This document shows positions 39,421 through 48,868 of a stretch of 64,000 nt of DNA, piece by piece. The stretch is from Vitreimonas sp. Its GTDB lineage: Bacteria > Patescibacteriota > Microgenomatia > UBA1400 > PJMF01. How positions within the stretch are numbered: position 1 is the first letter of the stretch; the number at the start of each line of letters is the position of its first letter. The DNA lies in assembly GCA_035627515.1 (NCBI GenBank), contig DASPLQ010000012.1, positions 1,034,331 to 1,098,330 on the forward strand, given 5' to 3'. The translations under genes and the position numbers were made by a program. Under the pieces are notes generated by a model. It was not told the DNA's origin. It did not search any database and was given only the letters and a program-made list of their open reading frames with translations.

Positions 39421-39843
39421 ATGTTTATTGGAAAATATTACCACTCACTCGAAAGCAAAGGTAGAGTCTCTCTTCCCAAAAACTTTCGAAAAAATACTAC
39501 AGACTGGATAGTAACCCGAGGTTTGGATGGAGGATTATTTCTCTTTCCAGCTTCAGATTTTATCCAAAAAATAGCGGAGCTCGAAGAGCGCACCTTCACA
39601 AAAAAAACTCATCGTGATTTTATTCGGTTAATGACCAATGAAGCCGCTGCTATTTCAGCTGATGCCCAAGGTCGAGTACAACTGCCCGAGTACTTGATTG
39701 AATTTGCTCAGTTACGCAAAGAGTTAGTTGTCGTTGGTAGTCTCAAATACATTGAAATTTGGGACCGTGACTCATATCACACATATACACAAGGAATAGA
39801 AGCTCGAGCTGAAGAAATTGCGGAGTCATTACAAGATGCATAA
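39421..39843 (+). CDS. mraZ: division/cell wall transcriptional regulator
   Basis: MFIG.Y.H..E.KGR..LP, D.QGR..LP, IEIWD. Confidence 0.95.
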   Translation: MFIGKYYHSLESKGRVSLPKNFRKNTTDWIVTRGLDGGLFLFPASDFIQKIAELEERTFTKKTHRDFIRLMTNEAAAISADAQGRVQLPEYLIEFAQLRKELVVVGSLKYIEIWDRDSYHTYTQGIEARAEEIAESLQDA

Positions 39844-40735
39844 ACCAGTCTTACTCACAGAAGCCCTAGCTGCCCTCCAAGTCAAACCGGACCAGTGGTA
39901 CATCGATGGCACTTTTGGCAGAGGCGGCCACACGCGCGTGATTTTAGATCAAGGTGGTCGCGTCATTGCTTTTGATTGGGATGCTGAGGCGATTACATAT
40001 GGTCAAGAAACATTTGCTGCAGAGATTGCGGATCAAAAATTGATTTTGATCAGAGAGAGCTTTGAGAAATTGCAAAACGAAATCAGCAAAATCCAAGCCA
40101 CCGACTGGCTGACCAATCTCAAAATTGCCGGAATCTTATTCGATTTTGGTACCAGCACCGATCAATTAACTTCAAGTGAGCGCGGTTTCAGCTTTGCCGG
40201 CGAAGGCGAACTAGATATGCGCATGGATGATCGGTTGGGAGTCAAAGCTAAAGATCTGTTGATGGTTTTACCAGAGAGACAATTAGCTCAGCTTTTTTCA
40301 GAATATGGTGGTGAACGAGAAGCTCGCAAAATTGCTCGAGTAATTGTGGAAAAACGCAGCCGAGGCCAAGCAGCTGAACTGAGCACTACCCACGGTTTCG
40401 CTCAACTAATTGCCAAGACCAAACACGAACGAAGTTTCCATCTGCATCCGGCCACAAAAGTCTTTCAAGCATTGCGGATAGCAGTTAACGGTGAGTTACA
40501 AGCCATTGCAACGGCATTGCCCCAGGCTTTCGAGTTACTCGAGCCCGGTGGCAGAATCGTCACAATTGCTTTTCATGAAGGTGAAGATCGTTTGGTCAAA
40601 ACCCAGTTTCAAAAATGGGACCAAGCGGGTCAAGGGGAGTTAATGACTAAACATCCTCTGACCGCCAGTGAAGAAGAATTAACAACTAACAACAAAGCCC
40701 GAAGCGCTAAGTTGAGGATCATACAAAAATGTTAA
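39836..40735 (+). CDS. rsmH: 16S rRNA m4C1402 methyltransferase
   Basis: H.PVLL.E, DGTFG.GGH, RGFSF, LDMRMD, FQALRIAVN.EL, RSAKLR. Confidence 0.95.
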   Translation: MHKPVLLTEALAALQVKPDQWYIDGTFGRGGHTRVILDQGGRVIAFDWDAEAITYGQETFAAEIADQKLILIRESFEKLQNEISKIQATDWLTNLKIAGILFDFGTSTDQLTSSERGFSFAGEGELDMRMDDRLGVKAKDLLMVLPERQLAQLFSEYGGEREARKIARVIVEKRSRGQAAELSTTHGFAQLIAKTKHERSFHLHPATKVFQALRIAVNGELQAIATALPQAFELLEPGGRIVTIAFHEGEDRLVKTQFQKWDQAGQGELMTKHPLTASEEELTTNNKARSAKLRIIQKC

Positions 40736-41019
40736 AAAATCGAGTTATTATTGCTTTTTATACCTTAATGGCTGTAAGTTTGGCTGCAGCCAGTTTATTT
40801 ACTGTCAGCCAAGCTACTCACTTAGCTTTTCATGGTCAAACAATCAAGAGTTTAGAAACAGAACAAACCCAACTTAAAAACAAACTGAGTGAGCTCACTG
40901 CCGAGTACCACTCACAAACTTCGCTTGCGACCGTGACAGAAATAGCTCACAATCAAGGCTATCAACCGTTGGTAGTCACTTCCAGTTTAGTTTCTTCTCA
41001 AACAGTGGCCACTCGCTAA
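40729..41019 (+). CDS. ftsL: FtsL-like cell division protein
   Basis: single TM plus coiled coil, between rsmH and the PBP gene. Confidence 0.6.
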   Translation: MLKNRVIIAFYTLMAVSLAAASLFTVSQATHLAFHGQTIKSLETEQTQLKNKLSELTAEYHSQTSLATVTEIAHNQGYQPLVVTSSLVSSQTVATR

Positions 41020-41032
41020 CGGGTGAGTCATC

Positions 41033-42808
41033 ATGACGAGACACCATCCTGCCGCCCCTGTTTTGCCAGCCTGGCGTTTAACATTTCTCAAATGGAGTAT
41101 TTATATCCTGCTGTTTTTAATTGTGACCAGACTTTTTTACTGGCAAATTATTCAGGGGAGTGCCCTTAAAGCTGAAGCTCAGGATCAATATCAGCGTACG
41201 CAACTCATTACCGGTTTGCGCGGGAACATCAAAACAGCTGATGGATATTTATTAGTTTCTAATCAACCGGTGTATCGAGTCTTTGTAGAACCCCACCTGT
41301 TAGAGGTGCCAGGTGAAACACTAGCGAAACAATTAACACCTTTATTGCTGCCCGAGCTGGAGCAGTACCGAGCAGCTTCAGAAGCTGCTGCGCGGCAAGA
41401 AATTACCACCGCACTTGAACAAGACTTAACCACTAAGCTTAGCAATTCCTCAGCCAAGTGGGTAGGATTGATGCCGAAAATAAGTGAAGAAACGCGTCAC
41501 CAACTTGAAGGATTAAACGTCAAAGGTTTAGGTTTTGAAAAGTACCAGGTCCGCTCATACCCTGAGGCCTCTTTGGCTGCGCACGTGGCTGGTTTTGTAG
41601 GGAAGAACGAAGCTGGAGAGGAGGTAGGGTACTTTGGCGTAGAAGGTGCCTTAAATCAGGAGTTGCGCGCTCGGACTGAACGCAAGACACTCCTAAAAGA
41701 CGCCCTCGGTTTACAGTTGTTTGAGTCTCAGGCTAGAGGAGCGATGAGCCCAAGTGGTCGTGAAGTGGTGCTGACTATCCGGCGGGACATCCAAGCTTTA
41801 GCTGAAAGATATCTAGAAGAAGGTGTGAATAAATACGGTGCTAAGTCAGGAGAGGTGATTATTATGGAGCCAAATACTGGCAAAATTTTAGCCATGGCTG
41901 CTAGTCCTAAATATGACCCAGCAGCTTTTTATAAATACCCTCAAGAGTTATATAAAAATCCCAGTTTTACTCATGTCTATGAGCCGGGGTCAACTTTTAA
42001 AACCCTAACGGTAGCGGCTGGGATTGATACTGGGGCGATCAAGCCTGACACACAGTGTCCAGTGTGTGAAGGACCCCGCCAAATTGGTAAATACACCATT
42101 AAAACGTGGAATAATGAGTATCATCCGCAGATCACCATGACAGAAGCATTGGCAAAATCAGATAACACAGCCATGATGTATATTGCGGATGAGGTGGGAG
42201 CGGAAACCTTAAGTGAGTACTTCAAAAGATTTGGCATCGGTGACAAAACCTATACCGAAATTCAGGAAGACACTGTTACGCCTTTTCCTACTAAATGGGG
42301 CCCGGTGGAGTTAGCTACCGCTTCTTTTGGCCAAGGTATTAGTACTACCAGCATTCAGCTCGTACGAGCGGTGGCCGCAATCGCTAATCGCGGCAATTTG
42401 ATGAAACCCTTGGTGGTAGAAAAAGTGGTGGATCCTATTACCCAAGAAGTAGTGGTTTCACAACCCAAAATAGAGCGCCAAGTGATTTCCAGTGAAACCG
42501 CCGATCAAGTGACAAAAATGATGATTGAGGCTGCTGCCCATGGTGAAGCCCAGTGGATTGCCTCCAAAACTCATCAGGTAGCAGGCAAGACAGGCACCTC
42601 CCAAGTGGCGGTTAATGGTCAGTATGATCCTGAGAAAACCATTGCCACGTTTATTGGCTTTACTCCGCCAGAAAATCCGCGCTTTATTATGCTTGTCAAA
42701 CTAGTCGAGCCACAAAGCTCTCCGTGGGCAGCAGAAACAGCGGCTCCCCTCTGGTACAAGATCGCAGAGAGGCTGTACTTACTCCTCAATATTCCCGCGG
42801 ATAAGTAG
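41033..42808 (+). CDS. ftsI: class B penicillin-binding protein
   Basis: RG.I, EPGSTFK (SxxK), SDN, KTGT. Confidence 0.9.
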   Translation: MTRHHPAAPVLPAWRLTFLKWSIYILLFLIVTRLFYWQIIQGSALKAEAQDQYQRTQLITGLRGNIKTADGYLLVSNQPVYRVFVEPHLLEVPGETLAKQLTPLLLPELEQYRAASEAAARQEITTALEQDLTTKLSNSSAKWVGLMPKISEETRHQLEGLNVKGLGFEKYQVRSYPEASLAAHVAGFVGKNEAGEEVGYFGVEGALNQELRARTERKTLLKDALGLQLFESQARGAMSPSGREVVLTIRRDIQALAERYLEEGVNKYGAKSGEVIIMEPNTGKILAMAASPKYDPAAFYKYPQELYKNPSFTHVYEPGSTFKTLTVAAGIDTGAIKPDTQCPVCEGPRQIGKYTIKTWNNEYHPQITMTEALAKSDNTAMMYIADEVGAETLSEYFKRFGIGDKTYTEIQEDTVTPFPTKWGPVELATASFGQGISTTSIQLVRAVAAIANRGNLMKPLVVEKVVDPITQEVVVSQPKIERQVISSETADQVTKMMIEAAAHGEAQWIASKTHQVAGKTGTSQVAVNGQYDPEKTIATFIGFTPPENPRFIMLVKLVEPQSSPWAAETAAPLWYKIAERLYLLLNIPADK

Positions 42809-42823
42809 GGATAACTGAGCCAT

Positions 42824-43741
42824 CTATGAATGAATAATTGGCTTAGTCCAAGTAGTTCGCCTTATACTAGGAAGCGCTTGATAAGTTAACCAATAATAGG
42901 GCATAAAGACCTGCAGCATAAAAATAGGCATTTCAGGAATTAGAACCAAGGTTCGGCTATAACTTTGGAGTAATTTTATCGGATAATTTTTGGCTTCCTT
43001 GGCTTCAACTTCTTGAGGGTCAAAGGAAAGCAAACACAGAAAGTTTAAAAGAAAATGAATTGCGCCCCATGACATCAAACTATCAGTTGTTACTTCTATG
43101 CCATTTTCGTAGGAAAAATTGAGATTATCAGTCGTAATCTCACTTAATGATTTGATCATTTCCAGAAAAAAGGCTAAAAAGGCCACGCTAGAAATGGCCT
43201 TTTCAGCTTTAATAGAATCTGTATTCCCAAAGTGCTTTTCAGTTAGGCGTTGATAACAGATATAAGAAAATTGGTGAATAAATTCTCTATTCACTCTTTC
43301 ACCCACAACTTTAAGAAGATCAGGATGACGCTTTCCTAATTTATTTTCAACCTGTTTTTCTATATGTCTAAAATCAATTTTAATATGGTGATGAGAACCT
43401 TTGACTGAACTTTGTATTTGAGGTATCTGTTCTTCAGTTGAAAAAGTAGCTACTAAAGGTAAAGTAATAGTGCCAGTTTGATTTGGTAAACTAGGAGGCA
43501 AGGTTTGTTCAGCGCTGTAGGAATAAAGAGGAGAAAAAATTAACTCATCTTTAGAACTAAAATTCATTGCTTTAAGATAGCTGTGTAAGGTGTTAAGGTT
43601 TAGTTTTAAGCCTTTGGTAAATCCTGATCTATTCAGAATAGTTAATTGGCCTTCCTTTAAAGTTTGTGATTGTGAAATATGACCGGTATTTAACTCAAGG
43701 ATATGAATAGGATGATTGTATTCTGGTGTATGAAGTTTCAT
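42824..43741 (-). CDS. AT-rich orphan membrane protein inserted antisense in the dcw cluster
   Basis: 305-aa ORF with hydrophobic C-terminal segments; composition differs from its flanks. Confidence 0.7.
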   Translation of the reverse strand: MKLHTPEYNHPIHILELNTGHISQSQTLKEGQLTILNRSGFTKGLKLNLNTLHSYLKAMNFSSKDELIFSPLYSYSAEQTLPPSLPNQTGTITLPLVATFSTEEQIPQIQSSVKGSHHHIKIDFRHIEKQVENKLGKRHPDLLKVVGERVNREFIHQFSYICYQRLTEKHFGNTDSIKAEKAISSVAFLAFFLEMIKSLSEITTDNLNFSYENGIEVTTDSLMSWGAIHFLLNFLCLLSFDPQEVEAKEAKNYPIKLLQSYSRTLVLIPEMPIFMLQVFMPYYWLTYQALPSIRRTTWTKPIIHS

Positions 43742-43834
43742 ATCTTATATTAATCTATTATAAAGTATTCCAAACTTATCAATTAAATAAATGCCAAACT
43801 GACTAGAAAAAGTTGAAAAGTGTATAATAACTAA

Positions 43835-45061
43835 ATGCTTAAAGAGCTCATCTATCGTTTAAAACGTCCCTATCACTTAGTGAAGACGGGGTTATTGACT
43901 GGTTTGCCCGCTCAAATCAAGTATAAATTTCCTGCCAAAAAGCTCAAAATCATTACTTTCACCGGTACAGATGGTAAAACCACCTCATCGACCATGATGT
44001 ATCATGTTTTAAAAGCTGCTGGTAAGAAAGTCGCCTTACTTTCCACCGTGGCTGCCTATATTGGCGACCAAGCTATTGATACTGGTTTTCATGTCACCTC
44101 ACCTAATCCCGCCGATTTGCAGCGTTTCATGAGGATGATGGTTGATGAGGGCTATGAGTACCTCGTACTCGAAGTTACTTCTCATGGCGTGTTTCAGTAC
44201 CGTACCTGGGGAGTCACGCCTTATTTAGCTGGTTTGACTAATGTCACCCACGAACACTTAGATTACCATCTTTCATACGACAATTACATCGAGGCGAAGT
44301 CATTGTTATTGCGCCAAGCCGAAGTAATTGTACTCAATGCCGATGATCACTCGTTTTCTAAAATGAAACGCAAGCTTAAAGACCGAGCACGAGCAATTGT
44401 GGAGTACTCCACGAGCATTAAGTTACCTCGAGCAATTACACAAGCTATTACTGAACGGTTTAGTGAAGCATACAATCAAATGAACGCCCGATTAGTAGCC
44501 ACCTCGGCTCTACAACTGGGCCTGAAACCTGCGGCAATTGCGGAAGGTATCACTCAGTTCCCTGGCGTGCCAGGTCGAATGCAAGCCGTATCACTCCCTA
44601 AAAACGTTGGTTTTGAAGTTATAGTTGATTTTGCACACACTCCCAATGCTTTAGCCGGAGCACTCACAGCACTAAAAGCCAAACTATCCAGCCGTCGGAA
44701 AGCGGGGCGCTTAATTGCCATTTTTGGGTGTGCGGGCTTGCGTGATCGTACCAAGCGGCCATTGATGGGTAGAGCAGCCGCGGAGATTGCTGACTTAGTC
44801 ATTTTTACGGCAGAAGACCCTCGAACTGAAGATGTCTGGGCTATCATTCAGCAAATGAAACAAGATTTAGCTGGCACACACGCTAAAGTTATTTCCATTG
44901 CCAATCGTCAAGAAGCGTTAGTGTATACCTTAAAAACCTTAGCTAAACCCGGAGATATTATTGGTATTTTTGGTAAAGGTCATGAACAGAGCATGTGTTA
45001 TGGTACTACCGAGTATCCCTGGAATGACGTGGTAGCTGTGACTGAGATTATGAGCCAGTAG
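43835..45061 (+). CDS. murE: Mur ligase MurE (short, lacks the N-terminal domain)
   Basis: TGTDGKTT, E.TSH, HEHLDYH, DFAHTP, FGCAG.RD..KR..MG, EDPR, GKGHE. Confidence 0.9.
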   Translation: MLKELIYRLKRPYHLVKTGLLTGLPAQIKYKFPAKKLKIITFTGTDGKTTSSTMMYHVLKAAGKKVALLSTVAAYIGDQAIDTGFHVTSPNPADLQRFMRMMVDEGYEYLVLEVTSHGVFQYRTWGVTPYLAGLTNVTHEHLDYHLSYDNYIEAKSLLLRQAEVIVLNADDHSFSKMKRKLKDRARAIVEYSTSIKLPRAITQAITERFSEAYNQMNARLVATSALQLGLKPAAIAEGITQFPGVPGRMQAVSLPKNVGFEVIVDFAHTPNALAGALTALKAKLSSRRKAGRLIAIFGCAGLRDRTKRPLMGRAAAEIADLVIFTAEDPRTEDVWAIIQQMKQDLAGTHAKVISIANRQEALVYTLKTLAKPGDIIGIFGKGHEQSMCYGTTEYPWNDVVAVTEIMSQ

Positions 45062-45099
45062 TTGCCAGGGGCTGTGTTATGTTGCATGATAATCACGAT

Positions 45100-46083
45100 A
45101 TGAATCATAAACCTCGGGTGGTAGTGATGGGGGGAGGCACGGGCACTTTTCCTGTTATTTCAGCCTTAAAACATTTAGACGTTGATATTAGTACGGTCAT
45201 AGCAGTTTCCGACTCCGGTGGTTCTACTGGTCGCATTCGCGATGAATTTGGATTTCAGCCCGTTGGTGATTTGCGGCAATCGTTAGCTTCACTGGCGGAG
45301 AGCGAAACAGAATCTTGGATCAGGAAAATTTTGTTATACCGCTTTGAAAAGGGAGAAGGCCTCAAAGGTCATAACTTGGGCAATCTCATTTTAACTGCTC
45401 TGCAGGACATGACAGGTGATACCACCAGGGCTTTAGAAATCGCAGAAAAAGTCTTTCGTTTGGGTGGTACGGTTATCCCTGTGACTCAAGAGAATGTGAA
45501 TTTACAAATTAACTATGCTGATGGCACGACCGCTGTAGGTGAGCACATTTTGGATGAAAAAGTGACTGACCCCAAAAGAGTTGACAGCGTGTCACTAGTG
45601 CCAGCCGCTGAATTAAATCCTTTAGCAGCTGATGCAATTGCTAAAGCTGACTTGATTGTCATTGGGCCAGGAGATTATTTTGCGAGTTTGATGGCTACTC
45701 TTGTTGTCGGTGGGATTCCCGAAGTTTTTCAACAGACGCAAGCAAAAGTTTTGTATATTGGTAACCTGATGACTCGGATCACTCAAACGCACGGTATGAC
45801 CGCTCGCGATCACGTACTGGGTATTGAAAAAGCTATTCAGCGACCTGTAGACCACGTTCTCATTAACACTGAGCCCATTTCAGCCACTACCTTAAAAGTA
45901 TATGAAAATGAAGGTGAGTTTCCAGTGATTGATGATTTAGGTGAAGATGCGCGAGTGATCCGGGTATCGGTGATCAGTGATGTAGTTCACGATCAAAAAG
46001 CCTATGATACAGTTCACCGGTCATTATTACGCCACGACAGCGTTAAACTTGAAGCTGTGTTACGCCAGTTGCTCAATCAATAA
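45100..46083 (+). CDS. yvcK: YvcK/GlmR (CofD-like) UDP-GlcNAc-binding protein
   Basis: GGGTG, DSGGSTG.IR, GDLR, GH.LGNL, IGPG, RHD. Confidence 0.88.
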   Translation: MNHKPRVVVMGGGTGTFPVISALKHLDVDISTVIAVSDSGGSTGRIRDEFGFQPVGDLRQSLASLAESETESWIRKILLYRFEKGEGLKGHNLGNLILTALQDMTGDTTRALEIAEKVFRLGGTVIPVTQENVNLQINYADGTTAVGEHILDEKVTDPKRVDSVSLVPAAELNPLAADAIAKADLIVIGPGDYFASLMATLVVGGIPEVFQQTQAKVLYIGNLMTRITQTHGMTARDHVLGIEKAIQRPVDHVLINTEPISATTLKVYENEGEFPVIDDLGEDARVIRVSVISDVVHDQKAYDTVHRSLLRHDSVKLEAVLRQLLNQ

Positions 46084-46086
46084 TTC

Positions 46087-47514
46087 ATGATGCAGATTTT
46101 AGAGTATCACCATTTTTATTTAGTCGGCATTAAGGGCGTTGCGATGGCATCTTTGGCTCAGTGTTTGTTAGATGCCGGCAAATCAGTTCGTGGCTGTGAT
46201 GTATCAGAAAAGTTTGTGACGCAGTCATTACTAGAAAAGCGTAGTGTACATATTGATATTGGTTTTGAAGGAAACATCCCGGCGGAAACAGAGTGCGTCA
46301 TATATACAGCCGCACATAAAGGCAAGTTCAATCCCATAGTTCAGGCAGCCCAAGCTCAGAGCATTCCTACCTTTTCTCAGGCAGAAGCTATGGCTTCACT
46401 TTTTAATCAAAAACAAGGCGTGGCAGTCTGCGGTGTCGGTGGTAAATCGACTACTTCTGCCATGATCACGTGGATTTTGGAAAAAACTGGACGTCAGCCA
46501 TCATTTTCAGTTGGAGTAGGAAATATACCTGGGTTGGATAAAACAGGTCAATGGCAATCAGACAGTCAGTATTTTATAGCTGAAGCAGATGAGTATGTGA
46601 TCGATCCTTCAGCTCCCAGCCGAGGTGAAGAAATTACTCCACGGTTTTCCTTTATGAATCCTTGGCTAACAATCTGCACCAACTTACGCTTTGATCATCC
46701 TGATGTGTATAAAGATTTTGAGCATACTAAAACAGTTTTTAAACGTTTCTTTGAGCAGATTAAGGATGGTGGGGTGTTAGTGGTTAATAGTGATGATCAG
46801 GAGTTATTACATTTAGCTAAAGAGGTGGCAGCGGCAAGAAATATTCAAGTGGTTAGCTACGGCGAAGATATCCACTCTTTAGTTACCTTTCGCAACATCA
46901 CTGCTCATGCAGGTAAAACTATAGCCGGCTTTTTGTCAGGTGAAATGTACTCATTAGAACTCCAAATTCCTGGTAAATATAATGTTTATAACGCTTTAGC
47001 TGCTCTCACTGCCTGTAAGGTGATGGGAGTTGAATTTGATGAAGGCATTGCTGCTTTAGCCTCATTTCGCTCCACGTTACGCCGAGCTGAGTTTATTGGT
47101 GAAAAAAATGGTGTCAAATTTTATGATGATTATGCGCATCATCCTAATGAAGTCAAAAGCGTGATTCATGCTTTTAAAGAGTGGTTTCCCGACTCTAAAT
47201 TAATGGTCGCCTTCCAATCCCATACCTTTTCACGGACGAAGGCCTTATTTCCTGAGTTTATTGATGCCTTTGCCGAAGCCGATGAAGTAGCGATGATTGA
47301 TATCTTCCCCTCTGCTCGCGAACCGTACGACGCCAGTATTACTAGTGAGATGTTGTGTGAGGAAATTGAAAAGGAATTTGTAGGTAAGTCGGCTCGCAAC
47401 TATAAAACCTTAGCAAACTTAGCTAAGTACTTACAACACAGTTTGAAACCTGGAGATGTGTGTTTAACCGTGGGGGCCGGTGATATTTATAAAGTTCATG
47501 AACTATTAACGTAG
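46087..47514 (+). CDS. murC: UDP-N-acetylmuramate--L-alanine ligase
   Basis: GIKGVAM, GKSTT, EADEY, DHPD, DDYAHHP.E, HTFSRT, GAGDI. Confidence 0.93.
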   Translation: MMQILEYHHFYLVGIKGVAMASLAQCLLDAGKSVRGCDVSEKFVTQSLLEKRSVHIDIGFEGNIPAETECVIYTAAHKGKFNPIVQAAQAQSIPTFSQAEAMASLFNQKQGVAVCGVGGKSTTSAMITWILEKTGRQPSFSVGVGNIPGLDKTGQWQSDSQYFIAEADEYVIDPSAPSRGEEITPRFSFMNPWLTICTNLRFDHPDVYKDFEHTKTVFKRFFEQIKDGGVLVVNSDDQELLHLAKEVAAARNIQVVSYGEDIHSLVTFRNITAHAGKTIAGFLSGEMYSLELQIPGKYNVYNALAALTACKVMGVEFDEGIAALASFRSTLRRAEFIGEKNGVKFYDDYAHHPNEVKSVIHAFKEWFPDSKLMVAFQSHTFSRTKALFPEFIDAFAEADEVAMIDIFPSAREPYDASITSEMLCEEIEKEFVGKSARNYKTLANLAKYLQHSLKPGDVCLTVGAGDIYKVHELLT

Positions 47515-47531
47515 GACCATTTACTAGCTGT

Positions 47532-47563
47532 ACTATATTATAGTGTAATACACTATATTACAC
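47532..47563. promoter_or_regulatory. operator-like palindrome TATAGTGTA-A-TACACTATA
   Basis: perfect 9+1+9 inverted repeat at 47539-47557; ACTATATTA repeated at 47532 and 47552. Confidence 0.6.
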
Positions 47564-47575
47564 GTAAACATCACT

Positions 47576-47902
47576 ATGAAACTTGAAGAATTACTTGCTA
47601 GCTTAAAAAAAATCTCAACTACTTTGGATGAGAAGTATCCATTACAAGGTGACGATACCAGAATTTTAGCGCGCTTCATGAAGTACATAGAAGAACAGGG
47701 TGAGTTCGCTGATGCTTTTTTGGCCAGCAAAAACTTACAACGCAGTGAGAAACAGGAAAATCATCAAGTTACCAATCTCGAAAATGAGTATGCCGATGTC
47801 GTTAGTACATTGTTATTATTAGGCATTGAGCTTGGTATTGATATTGAAGCGGTGATGAAAAGAAAATTAACCACAATTAACAAAAGGCTAGAGATTACAT
47901 AA
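47576..47902 (+). CDS. MazG-like nucleotide pyrophosphohydrolase
   Basis: EEQGEFA...ENEYAD (ExxE...ExxD) motif. Confidence 0.8.
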   Translation: MKLEELLASLKKISTTLDEKYPLQGDDTRILARFMKYIEEQGEFADAFLASKNLQRSEKQENHQVTNLENEYADVVSTLLLLGIELGIDIEAVMKRKLTTINKRLEIT

Positions 47903-47903
47903 T

Positions 47904-48866
47904 ATGTCACAAGCCTTGAGTACTCTCACCACTACTTTTCCAGATTTACCTTTTCAAGCCAATTATCCACTCAAAGAATTAAGCTATTTTAAAATTGGCG
48001 GTCCGGCTGAAGTCTACATTGAGTTAGCTAACAAAGATCAGATCGCAGTTGTGGTCAAGCTCTGCCAGGAGCACCATATTAAGCTCACCATAGTCGGAGG
48101 AGCCAGTAACGTTATCATTGCCGATGAAGGTATCCAAGGTTTAGTGATGCGCGTATTACACGACGTTTTAGAGCAGACCGATCAGACTGTGGAAAACAAA
48201 ACGATCATCCGGGCTGGCACGGGCTTAAAGATGGCGTTGTTGGTGAGCCGGGTGGTGCACATGGGTTTTGGTGGTTTAGAGTATTTTTTAGGTGTGCCAG
48301 GGACTTTAGGTGGGGCTGTTTATAACAACTCACATTATTTAGCACACTTAATTGGTGAGCATATTCATCGGGTGCAGGTTGTTAACCAAGCTGGTGAGCT
48401 GCAGTGGTTAAGTAACAGTGAGTGTGAGTTCGCGTATGACTCGTCACGTTTTCAACGTACCAAAGAAGTGATTCTCGAAGTTGAGTTTGCTTTGGCGGAG
48501 GGTAATAAAGAAGAATCTCAAGCGTTAATTCGGGAAGCTACTCAGTATCGAGCTGATACGCAACCCCTGGGTATTCCTAACTCCGGCTGTATTTTCCAAA
48601 ACACGCCCAATACCGATTATTTACGACAACTCTTTCCACAATTTGCAAGTAAAACTCATGTCTCAGGGGGATTTTTGATTGATCAAGCAGGATTAAAAGG
48701 CACTCGGGTGGGGGATGTAGAAGTCAGTCATAAACATGCGGCTTTTATCATTAACAAAGGTCAGGGTACTGCTCAAGATGTCAAACAATTGATTACTCAA
48801 ATCAAAGCCACCGTCAAAGACAAATTTGGAGTAGAATTAAGAGAAGAAGTTTTTTATTTGGGATAA
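47904..48866 (+). CDS. murB: UDP-N-acetylenolpyruvoylglucosamine reductase
   Basis: FKIGGPA, G.SN, G.PGT.GGA, Y.SS.F, SGC.F.N, KHA.FIIN, L.EEV. Confidence 0.95.
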   Translation: MSQALSTLTTTFPDLPFQANYPLKELSYFKIGGPAEVYIELANKDQIAVVVKLCQEHHIKLTIVGGASNVIIADEGIQGLVMRVLHDVLEQTDQTVENKTIIRAGTGLKMALLVSRVVHMGFGGLEYFLGVPGTLGGAVYNNSHYLAHLIGEHIHRVQVVNQAGELQWLSNSECEFAYDSSRFQRTKEVILEVEFALAEGNKEESQALIREATQYRADTQPLGIPNSGCIFQNTPNTDYLRQLFPQFASKTHVSGGFLIDQAGLKGTRVGDVEVSHKHAAFIINKGQGTAQDVKQLITQIKATVKDKFGVELREEVFYLG

Positions 48867-48868
48867 TT

